NCBI GenBank assembly: GCA_046313635.1
Contig: JBKBYA010000001.1
Coordinates: 958,679-1,022,678, forward strand
Direction: 5' to 3'
Length of the DNA stretch: 64,000 nt
Origin: Pyrinomonadaceae bacterium
Lineage (GTDB): Bacteria; Acidobacteriota; Blastocatellia; Pyrinomonadales; Pyrinomonadaceae
Under the pieces are notes generated by a model that searched no databases, was not told where the DNA came from, and saw only the letters and a program-made list of their open reading frames with translations. Shown here one piece after another: positions 29,204-37,496 of this stretch (position 1 is the stretch's first letter; each line of letters begins with the position of its first letter). The position numbers were made by a program, and so were the translations under genes.

Positions 29204-30748
29204 ATGTCATCACTTCAAGAATCGGTCGTTAATGTTTCGGCAAAACGTCGCGACGTGCAAAAAAGCCGGAGGTCGGTCGTCGACCGGTTTCTCGAGCTGA
29301 TGTGCTCGGTCCGCTTCGGCGTGGTGCTGCTGATCGCTCTCGGCATACTCTGCATGATCGGGATGCTGATCATGCAGCAGAACGTCGACGGTTTTGAGCG
29401 CTACTTTGCCGAGCTGACGCCGGCGCAAAAGCTCGTTTACGGCAAGCTCGGCTTTTTTGACATCTATCACGTCTGGTACTTCAACGCTCTGCTGGCGCTC
29501 TTGTCGATCAACATCATCCTGTCGTCGATAGATCGATTTCCGAAGGCATGGAAGTTCATCGCCCGCCCGAATGTGGTCGTTCCCGTCAGATGGCTGCGGG
29601 AGCAAAAGGCATCGGCCGAGGCCCGGCTTGACGTGCCCGCCGAGGAGGCGGCCGCCCGCATCGGGAGCGCAATGCGCCGCTGCGGATGGAAGCGCGTCCG
29701 AACGGGCACGCGCGGCGGCAGGACGTTTGTCTTTGGCGAGTCGGGCGTCTGGAATCGGCTCGGCGCATACGCCGTCCACGTCGGTCTGCTGGTGATCTTT
29801 CTCGGCGGCTTTATGACGGGCCAGATGGGCAGCACCGGCAATGTCCCGCTCGGGCCGGGCGAATCGACGAGCCTGATGTACGAGACCACGGTCGAGCTCG
29901 ACCGCACGAGCCAGGTGACCAAACAGCTCCCGTTCGAGATCGTCGGCACAGACATCCAGCAAAAGCTGATCAAGAAGGACGGCCCGATCAACGCGATGAA
30001 CACGATCGATTGGATCACGCGATTCAAGATCCGCGACGAGACCGGCGAGCACGACGCGATGGTGCAGATGAATCGTCCCTTCGATTACCGCGGCTATAGA
30101 TTTTTCCAGGCGAGCTTTGTCCCGGTCGGGCGGGCGCGTACGATCACGATCAACGCCGTTCCGGCAGGCGGCGGCGAGGCTCAGGCGGTCACGATACCGC
30201 GAGACGGATCGGCGACGCTCGCCGACGGCACCGTGATCAACTTCAAGGAATTTCGCGGCGCTTTCTCGATCGGTCAAGAAGACCCCAACGAGGACACCAG
30301 CACTTATCCCAATCCCGGAGCGATCCTGCAGGTCGTGCCCGCAGGCGGCGGTTCGGCCGAGACGGCGTACGCATTTGGCCCGGAGATGACGGCGATGCCG
30401 GTGGCCAAAAAGCCGGTCGCCGGATACACCTTTGAGCTCGTCGATTTTGAGAAGGTCGGCGATCAGCACGTGCTGTCGGTGCAGCGCGATCCGGGAGCGA
30501 CGGTCGTGTACGTCGGTTTCGTCATCCTGTGCGTGACGCTGGCGGCCGTTTTCTTCTTTTCACACCAGCGGGTCTGGGCGGCGATCGAGCCGTCGGCGGA
30601 CGGGACGTCGAGGATCGTATTCGGCGGCCACACAAACCGAAATCACAACCCATTCGAGGAGCGCTTCAGGAGCTTTGTAGACAAGCTGACCGCATCGGGG
30701 CCCGGCAGCGAGGTCTCGAGCGCCGAGATCCCGGCGTCGAGATCGTAA
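29204..30748 (+). CDS. resB: Cytochrome c biogenesis protein ResB/Ccs1 (System II)
   Basis: SVRFGVVLL, IYHVWYF, VHVGLLVI (conserved His), MNRPFDYRGYRFFQAS, RDPG..VYVG. Confidence 0.9.
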   Translation: MSSLQESVVNVSAKRRDVQKSRRSVVDRFLELMCSVRFGVVLLIALGILCMIGMLIMQQNVDGFERYFAELTPAQKLVYGKLGFFDIYHVWYFNALLALLSINIILSSIDRFPKAWKFIARPNVVVPVRWLREQKASAEARLDVPAEEAAARIGSAMRRCGWKRVRTGTRGGRTFVFGESGVWNRLGAYAVHVGLLVIFLGGFMTGQMGSTGNVPLGPGESTSLMYETTVELDRTSQVTKQLPFEIVGTDIQQKLIKKDGPINAMNTIDWITRFKIRDETGEHDAMVQMNRPFDYRGYRFFQASFVPVGRARTITINAVPAGGGEAQAVTIPRDGSATLADGTVINFKEFRGAFSIGQEDPNEDTSTYPNPGAILQVVPAGGGSAETAYAFGPEMTAMPVAKKPVAGYTFELVDFEKVGDQHVLSVQRDPGATVVYVGFVILCVTLAAVFFFSHQRVWAAIEPSADGTSRIVFGGHTNRNHNPFEERFRSFVDKLTASGPGSEVSSAEIPASRS

Positions 30749-30778
30749 GCGGCGGCGACCAGCATCGAGGAATGAACG

Positions 30779-32401
30779 ATGAATGAACAAATTCTGGACA
30801 AAAAGATTCTCATGGCCGGCGACGGCGGCGTGATCGCGGCCAAGGCGGCATCTGCCTGGAAGACATATATCCCTTTTACGCTGGCCGTCGGCGGGTCGCT
30901 GCTGCTGACCGCCGCTCGGATAAGCGTCGGCGGCGAGAGATTTATCTCGGACGGCGCGGCGATGATGCTCGCACTGGCGTCGTATCTGTTTGCCGCGGTC
31001 TTTTATCTGACCAATCTCTACGCTCCGTTTCGCCTGGCCGAGCGGCTCGGCTTATGGGCGACGACGCTCGGCGTCTTTTTTAACCTGTCGAGCTGGCTGC
31101 TCCGATGGGTCGCGGCGTACGACCGCGAAGTGCAGATCTTTTCGAGTCAGGGAGCGAATCCGGCGGACATGCCGTGGGTGTTTCGCTACATCCCCTTCGC
31201 CAATCTGTACGACATGAGTCTCGCTTTCGCGCTCGGCGCGGGCGTGACGACATTGCTCGTGCTGCGGCGCGAACAGTTCAGGATCGTCGCGACCATCGCA
31301 CTGCCGATGGCGGCGATCATTCTCGTGCTCGCACGCTTTATCGGCAGCGAGATCATCGATCTGCCGCCGGTGCTCGACTCGTACTGGCGGCCGATCCACG
31401 TCGGCGTCGCGAGTTTGAGCTACGGCATCGCGCTCGTCTGTTTTGCCGTGGCGGTGCTCTACCTTTTGAAGGACGGCGTCAAGGTCGAAAAGATGTCTAT
31501 CTGGACCAGCCTCTTCGCGATACTGACCTTTGCGACGATCAGCAAGTTCAGCGTTTTTTCGCTGTCGACTTTCGGCACGTACACGTCGTCGGTCTTTATG
31601 TCGACGTCCAAAGCTCCGCTCGGACTGCGTGCCGATATCCCATACGTCGGCTGGCTGCTGGTCGCCGCGGCGGTGATCCTGGCGGCTTCGATGGCCGCGT
31701 TTTGGAAGTCGTTCAGCGGAGATGAAAAGGCGCGAACGTGGGGCCTCCGGCTGCTGCAGCTCGCGATGGTCGTGCAGGCCGCCGGCGTCGCGACGCTCGT
31801 TTACCAGCTCAAGAACATCAAGGACGTCGTCGCACACATCGACCCGTCGCAGTACGGCAAATTCGCCGTCTGGATGCTCCAGCAGCAGGATATGCCGCAG
31901 TCGCAGATCAACGCGATCGGCGCCGCTCAGCTCTCGAGCATCGGCTCGCGGTGGATCGCCGACAACGGCTCGCAGCTGCATCTCGGACTCAACGCAAATC
32001 CCGTCGAGCTCTCGGCGCTGATCACGGCATTTGCAGGCACCTTCTTTATCGTTATCTTTTCGATCAACACGGCGCGCCTGCGCGACGCTCTGCCGACGGC
32101 CGAGAAGCTCGACGGCCTGATGTACAAGCTCGGCGGCATCACCTTTGCCGGCCTCGCGCTCCTGCTGATCACCGGAGCCGTCTGGGCGAACGAATCGTGG
32201 GGCCGCTACTGGGGCTGGGACGCCAAGGAGACCGGAGCTCTCGTCGCGTGGCTGACCTACGCAGGGTTTCTGCATTCGCGCATCGCCTATAGCTGGAAGG
32301 GCCGGCGTTCGGCATACTTTGCCGTCGTCGCTTTTCTCTTCATCGTCTTTACATATTTGGGCGTCAGCTATCTCTTGCCCGGACTCCACTCGTACGCATA
32401 G
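30779..32401 (+). CDS. ccsA: Cytochrome c biogenesis heme lyase CcsA/ResC (System II) with a large internal insertion
   Basis: PFANLYD, LDSYWRPIHV, WWD motif GAVWANESWGRYWGWDAKE, GLHSYA C-terminus. Confidence 0.92.
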   Translation: MNEQILDKKILMAGDGGVIAAKAASAWKTYIPFTLAVGGSLLLTAARISVGGERFISDGAAMMLALASYLFAAVFYLTNLYAPFRLAERLGLWATTLGVFFNLSSWLLRWVAAYDREVQIFSSQGANPADMPWVFRYIPFANLYDMSLAFALGAGVTTLLVLRREQFRIVATIALPMAAIILVLARFIGSEIIDLPPVLDSYWRPIHVGVASLSYGIALVCFAVAVLYLLKDGVKVEKMSIWTSLFAILTFATISKFSVFSLSTFGTYTSSVFMSTSKAPLGLRADIPYVGWLLVAAAVILAASMAAFWKSFSGDEKARTWGLRLLQLAMVVQAAGVATLVYQLKNIKDVVAHIDPSQYGKFAVWMLQQQDMPQSQINAIGAAQLSSIGSRWIADNGSQLHLGLNANPVELSALITAFAGTFFIVIFSINTARLRDALPTAEKLDGLMYKLGGITFAGLALLLITGAVWANESWGRYWGWDAKETGALVAWLTYAGFLHSRIAYSWKGRRSAYFAVVAFLFIVFTYLGVSYLLPGLHSYA

Positions 32402-32407
32402 AAATTT

Positions 32408-33106
32408 ATGACCAAGGAAAATGTTCTATTCACTATCGTCGGCCTGCTCGCCGGTCTGATCATCGGCTTTATGGGCGCCAACTCGATCAACCAGAATGCG
32501 GCCCTTAGGCAAGGCACGGGCACCGAGATGGGCGGCTTCCCGCCGGGGCATCCGGCGGTGCCGGGCGGTGCCGGGCAGATGGGGGCAAATGCTCCGGAGG
32601 TGCAGGCCGCGATCGAAAAGGCCAAGGCCGAGCCCGACAATTACGACGCGCAGATGACGGCCGGGATCTTCTTTGCACAGATAGGCCGATTTGACGGCGC
32701 TGTCGAGTACTTCAAAAAGGCAAACCAGATCCGACCGGACGCGTACGACGCGGTCGTGCAGCTCGGCAATTCGTATTTCGATTCTGACAACTTTGTCGAG
32801 GCTGAAAAATGGTACGTAAAGGCGCTGTCGATGAAGCCCGACGACGTTAACGTCCGGACCGACCTCGGCCTGACCTTTATGTTTCGCCAACCGGCCGACT
32901 ACGACCGGGCCATCAAAGAGTTCAAAGCGTCGCTCGAGAGAGAGCCAAACCACCCGCAGACGCTTCAGAATCTGACCGTGGCCTATACCAAGACCGCCGA
33001 CGCGGCCAACGCCGGCGCGACGCTCGCACGGCTGGAGAGCCTCGACCGGTCAAACCCGCGGCTGGCCGACCTCCGCAAAGAGATCGAAAAGCTGAAGACC
33101 AAATAG
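32408..33106 (+). CDS. Membrane-anchored TPR protein (CcmH/CycH-like accessory)
   Basis: N-terminal TM helix, PPGHP motif, several TPR repeats; follows ccsA. Confidence 0.75.
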   Translation: MTKENVLFTIVGLLAGLIIGFMGANSINQNAALRQGTGTEMGGFPPGHPAVPGGAGQMGANAPEVQAAIEKAKAEPDNYDAQMTAGIFFAQIGRFDGAVEYFKKANQIRPDAYDAVVQLGNSYFDSDNFVEAEKWYVKALSMKPDDVNVRTDLGLTFMFRQPADYDRAIKEFKASLEREPNHPQTLQNLTVAYTKTADAANAGATLARLESLDRSNPRLADLRKEIEKLKTK

Positions 33107-33139
33107 CGCCTTCATCCTCAACACTCTCGCAATCGCGCT

Positions 33140-33172
33140 CGGCCCTTTCGCACGGAAGGGCCGCTTTTTTTT
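33140..33172 (+). terminator. Intrinsic terminator
   Basis: CGGCCCTTTC-GCAC-GGAAGGGCCG followed by a T8 run. Confidence 0.75.
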
Positions 33173-33212
33173 CGCAGCGGGCCGCGCGAGATCGGTCGTG
33201 TAAAATAGGCCT

Positions 33213-34253
33213 GTGAGCAAAGGCGGGTTGATCACGCTGACCGAGCGAGGGCTGTACTGCAGGCAGGGCGATTTTTACATCGACCCGTGGAAGCCCGTCA
33301 AACGCGCCGTCATCACGCACGCCCACGCCGATCATGCATACCGCGGCCACGGGGCCAATCTCGTCACAGAAGAAGGGAAGTCGCTCTTTAAGATCCGACT
33401 CGATCTCGGGGCTCGCATCACGACGCAGCGCTACGGCGAGGTGCGCGAGATCGACGGCGTCAAGGTCTCCTTTCATCCCGCCGGCCACATCCTCGGCTCG
33501 GCGCAGGTGCGGGTCGAGTACAAGGGCGAGATCTGGGTGATCTCGGGCGACTACAAATTGACGCCCGATCCGACGTGCGCGCCTTTTGAGCCGGTGAAGT
33601 GTCATCACTTCGTGACCGAGGCGACATTCGGTCTGCCGATCTATCGCTGGACGCCGACCGAGCAGGTCTACGACGACATCAACGAATGGTGGCGGCGAAA
33701 TATCGAGCGCGAAAAGGCGTCCGTCATATTCGCTTACTCGCTCGGCAAATCGCAGCGGGTGCTGGCCGGCGTCGATCCTACCTTGGGCAAGATCTACACG
33801 CACGGCTCCGTCGAAAGATTGACCGAGGCTTATCGCGAAGCCGGCGTCCGTTTGCCCGCGACGCAATACGCCGGGAGCGTGACGAACAAAAAAGATTTCG
33901 TCGGCTCGCTGATCGTCGCGCCGCCGTCGGCGCAAGGCTCGACTTGGCTGCGGCGATTCGGCGCTCAATCGACCGCGTTCGCGTCTGGCTGGATGATGGT
34001 CCGCGGCGCTCGCCGGCAGCGTGCGGTCGATCGCGGGTTTGTCCTTTCGGACCACGCCGATTGGCCCGAGCTGCTGACCGCGATCAAATCGAGCGAGGCC
34101 GAGACCGTTTACGTCACGCACGGATTTATCGAAGAGGTAGTTCGCTATCTCAACGAGACCGGCGTCAACGCAGTGCCGCTCAAGACGCAGTTTGTCGGCG
34201 ACGAAGCGGCGGAAACGGAAATGCTGGACGAGGAGAGTGAGCCGGGGAAATGA
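33213..34253 (+). CDS. Ligase-associated DNA damage response exonuclease (MBL/beta-CASP)
   Basis: IDPWKPV, THAHADH, AGHILGSAQ, TEATFGLP, AYSLGKSQR, LSDHADW, VTHG. Confidence 0.92.
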   Translation: MSKGGLITLTERGLYCRQGDFYIDPWKPVKRAVITHAHADHAYRGHGANLVTEEGKSLFKIRLDLGARITTQRYGEVREIDGVKVSFHPAGHILGSAQVRVEYKGEIWVISGDYKLTPDPTCAPFEPVKCHHFVTEATFGLPIYRWTPTEQVYDDINEWWRRNIEREKASVIFAYSLGKSQRVLAGVDPTLGKIYTHGSVERLTEAYREAGVRLPATQYAGSVTNKKDFVGSLIVAPPSAQGSTWLRRFGAQSTAFASGWMMVRGARRQRAVDRGFVLSDHADWPELLTAIKSSEAETVYVTHGFIEEVVRYLNETGVNAVPLKTQFVGDEAAETEMLDEESEPGK

Positions 34254-35875
34254 AACTCTTCACCGATCTCTACGTCGAGCTCGACCAGACGAACAAGACC
34301 AACGAAAAGGTCGAGGCGATGCGGTATTACTTTGAGCGTGCACGGCCCGAGGACGCGGCGTGGGCGTTCTACTTTTTGTCGGGCCGCAAGCCGCGGCAGA
34401 TCGTGCCTTCAAAGTTGCTTCGTCAGTGGTCGATGGAAGAATCCGGCATTCCCGAATGGCTGTGGGACGAGTGCCGCGACACTGTCGGCGACGGCTCCGA
34501 GACGACCGCGCTTCTTTTACCGAATAATTCCAGCGAAGACGAAACGCCGCTGCACGTGCTCGTCGAGCAGCAGCTTTTGCCTCTGCGCGGCAGCGACGAG
34601 CAAACGCAGCGTGAGGCCGTGACAGATGCGTGGCGGCGAATGAACTACTCACAGCGTCTCGTTTACAACAAGCTCATTTCCGGCGCGTTTCGCGTCGGCG
34701 TGTCGCAGCAGCTCGTGCTGCGTGCGCTCGCTCACGTCTCCGAACTTCCTGTCGACATCCTCGCGCATCGGGCGATGGGCGAGTGGGAGCCTACTGCCGA
34801 GTTCTTTACCTCGCTCATCGACCCGCACCTCGAGACCGGCGAGACGCCCATCGCGCGGCCTTATCCGTTTCATCTAGCGCATCAGGTCGACTTTGAGCCC
34901 GGCGATCTGGGCGACATCACCGAATGGCAGGCCGAGTGGAAGTGGGACGGCATCCGCGCGCAGGTGATCAAACGTCAGGGCGAAGTTTTTATGTGGTCGC
35001 GCGGCGAGGACCTCATCACCGAACGTTTTCCCGAGATCGTCGAAGCGGCTCGCTCGCTGCCGGACGGAACGGTCCTCGACGGCGAGGTGCTGCCGTGGCT
35101 CGGCGAGCGCGTGCTTCCATTCACCGAGCTGCAGCGGCGCATCGGCCGTAAAAATCTCTCGGCAAAGATACTCTCGGAAGTTCCCGTTATCCTGCAGTGC
35201 TACGACCTGCTCGAGATCGAGGGCCGCGACATCCGCGGCGAGGACTTTCGCACGCGGCGGAATCTGCTCGTCGAGTTGCTCGCTTCGCTCGACACGCAGA
35301 CGCAGGCCGTGCTTCGACCAACCGATTCCGTACCGGCCAACGACTGGCAGCATCTCGCTTCGCAGAGAGAAAAGAGCCGCGAGCTCGGCGTCGAGGGCTT
35401 TATGCTCAAGCGGCTCGATTCGCCCTATCGCGTCGGCCGCCATCGCGGCGATTGGTGGAAGTGGAAGATCGATCCTTTCACGATCGACGCCGTCCTGATC
35501 TACGCGCAAAAAGGCTCGGGCAAGCGGTCGAATCTTTTCACCGATTACACCTTCGCGGTGTGGAAGGGAAAGGAACTCGTGCCATTCGCAAAAGCGTATT
35601 CGGGCCTGACCGATCAGGAGATCCGCAAGGTCGACCGCTTTGTTCGCGAAAACACGATCGAGACGTTCGGCCCGGTGCGTTCGGTCACGCCGCAGCTCGT
35701 GTTTGAATTGGCGTTCGAAGCGATCCAGCGCTCGACGCGTCACAAGTCCGGCGTCGCGGTCCGCTTCCCGCGCATCGCGCGATGGCGCGAAGACAAGCGG
35801 ATCGAGGACGCAGATTCACTGGAGACGATCCACGAAATGCTCGACTCGTTTCAAAACGCCGGCAATGAAAAATGA
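34250..35875 (+). CDS. ATP-dependent DNA ligase
   Basis: EWKWDGIR (adenylated Lys), LDGE, EGFMLK, WWKWK, RFPRI. Confidence 0.95.
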   Translation: MKLFTDLYVELDQTNKTNEKVEAMRYYFERARPEDAAWAFYFLSGRKPRQIVPSKLLRQWSMEESGIPEWLWDECRDTVGDGSETTALLLPNNSSEDETPLHVLVEQQLLPLRGSDEQTQREAVTDAWRRMNYSQRLVYNKLISGAFRVGVSQQLVLRALAHVSELPVDILAHRAMGEWEPTAEFFTSLIDPHLETGETPIARPYPFHLAHQVDFEPGDLGDITEWQAEWKWDGIRAQVIKRQGEVFMWSRGEDLITERFPEIVEAARSLPDGTVLDGEVLPWLGERVLPFTELQRRIGRKNLSAKILSEVPVILQCYDLLEIEGRDIRGEDFRTRRNLLVELLASLDTQTQAVLRPTDSVPANDWQHLASQREKSRELGVEGFMLKRLDSPYRVGRHRGDWWKWKIDPFTIDAVLIYAQKGSGKRSNLFTDYTFAVWKGKELVPFAKAYSGLTDQEIRKVDRFVRENTIETFGPVRSVTPQLVFELAFEAIQRSTRHKSGVAVRFPRIARWREDKRIEDADSLETIHEMLDSFQNAGNEK

Positions 35876-37496
35876 CCGCTCGGCACAATCGATGGCGGAC
35901 GCCGACGACGTCGAGCTGTATCCGCACCTGAAGATCACTGCCGAGACGTTTCCGCGCGTGCTCGCCACGCGGCGGGTCGAGGACGACGGAGCCGAATACT
36001 TCGGCGCGTTCTTGACGAAGACGGCCGTCCGCATTCTCATCGATTTTCTGAATCGCATCTTTCGATTGCGAAGCTGCGATATCCCCATCGACGGCAATTT
36101 CGACGTGCCGTGCACTCAGTTTTATCGAAAGCGCTGCGTCGCTCCGTGCGTCGCGAGTTTGTGCGATCGTGAGAGTTACCTGCGCCGCGTCGCGCTGGTG
36201 CGCTTGTTTCTTGCGAATAGGCGTGACGAGCTCAGACGCGAACTCGATAAAATGATCGCGGCCGCGGCCGAGACGCTCGACTTCGAATCCGCCGCCGAAT
36301 ATCGCGACATGCTCGCCGCCGTCGAAGACCTGTGGCAAAAGCCGCGAATGAACGCGTGGCTCGACGACGACTGCGTCGATACGCTCGCGTCAGACGCGAC
36401 GGACGATGCGGTCTACGTCCACCTCGTTACTCAGCGCGGGCGGCGGACGCTGGGGAGAAAGGTCTTCAAATTTTCGCCCTTCGTCAGCGCAAAAGAAGCG
36501 ATAGAGACGATACTCGCGAGCTTCTATCGCTTTCATCTGCCGCGCGAGATACGACTCTATGACAACATCGCGTCGCGACGGCTGATCGCGGGCGAGCTGA
36601 GTGAACGCTTTGGCCGGCAGGCGAAGATCGTCGTCGTCAGCCGCTCGAATCATCGCGTCAGCACCGCCAATTCGCTCTACGAGAGCCGCGATGAGCGCGA
36701 GCTCGCGTCGGTCAGACCGCGGCCGACGCCGGCCGAGACCGCCGGAGATCTCAAACTGCAATTCGGACTTTCTAAACCGCCCAAGCGGATCGAGGCATTC
36801 GACGTCGCGCACATCTCGGCGACGGCATTCGCTGCGGCAAGCTCCGTTTGGATCGCAGGGCATTTTGTCGGCGGCGAGTACAGGTTTTGGATCTCAGACG
36901 AGTCGAGCGAGCTCACGGCGATGCGTGACGCGATAATTCGCCGGCTAAGCGACCGCAAACGCCCGCGGCCCGACCTGATACTTATCGACGGCGGCAGATC
37001 GCAGCTCGCATCCGCGCTTGATGCGATCGCGGCCGTCGGCAGCGGCGTCGCCGCCGTTTCAGCAGTGAAGCCGCCAAAGCAGCACTCCGGGATCTCGCAT
37101 TTTCTCGATAAAGACGGCGGGCGTATTGCGTTCGACATCACGAGCCCGGCGCACCGCATGCTCAAGCTGCTCCGCGACGACGCGCACGAGCTTGCCAACC
37201 GCGTCCACCGCGAGCGACGCGATATGTCGCATCACTACGAGATCGCGGCCCTGCTGCCGTCGGTCGACGAGGCCGAGCGCCGCCGCCTGCTCGCCGCCGC
37301 GGGTTCGGTCGCGGGCGTCGCGCGAATGTCGCCGCCGGCGATCGAGAAGCTGATCGGCGTCGATCGAGCCGGACTGGCGATCGACGACCTGCGCGCCCGC
37401 AGCGATGCACGTGAAGCCGCACCGCTGATCGTGCCGATCCGTTTCGATGCCGAGAATGGAGATGCCGACGACCTGCGGCCGATCGTGCACAGCTAG
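35865..37496 (+). CDS. UvrC-like protein lacking the N-terminal GIY-YIG core
   Basis: YPHLKIT..FPR, YFGAF, FRLRSC, C..RCVAPC, UVR motif AAETLDFESAAEYRD, RIEAFDVAH, PDLILIDGG, LRDDAH. Start overlaps the ligase stop. Confidence 0.85.
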   Translation: MKNDRSAQSMADADDVELYPHLKITAETFPRVLATRRVEDDGAEYFGAFLTKTAVRILIDFLNRIFRLRSCDIPIDGNFDVPCTQFYRKRCVAPCVASLCDRESYLRRVALVRLFLANRRDELRRELDKMIAAAAETLDFESAAEYRDMLAAVEDLWQKPRMNAWLDDDCVDTLASDATDDAVYVHLVTQRGRRTLGRKVFKFSPFVSAKEAIETILASFYRFHLPREIRLYDNIASRRLIAGELSERFGRQAKIVVVSRSNHRVSTANSLYESRDERELASVRPRPTPAETAGDLKLQFGLSKPPKRIEAFDVAHISATAFAAASSVWIAGHFVGGEYRFWISDESSELTAMRDAIIRRLSDRKRPRPDLILIDGGRSQLASALDAIAAVGSGVAAVSAVKPPKQHSGISHFLDKDGGRIAFDITSPAHRMLKLLRDDAHELANRVHRERRDMSHHYEIAALLPSVDEAERRRLLAAAGSVAGVARMSPPAIEKLIGVDRAGLAIDDLRARSDAREAAPLIVPIRFDAENGDADDLRPIVHS

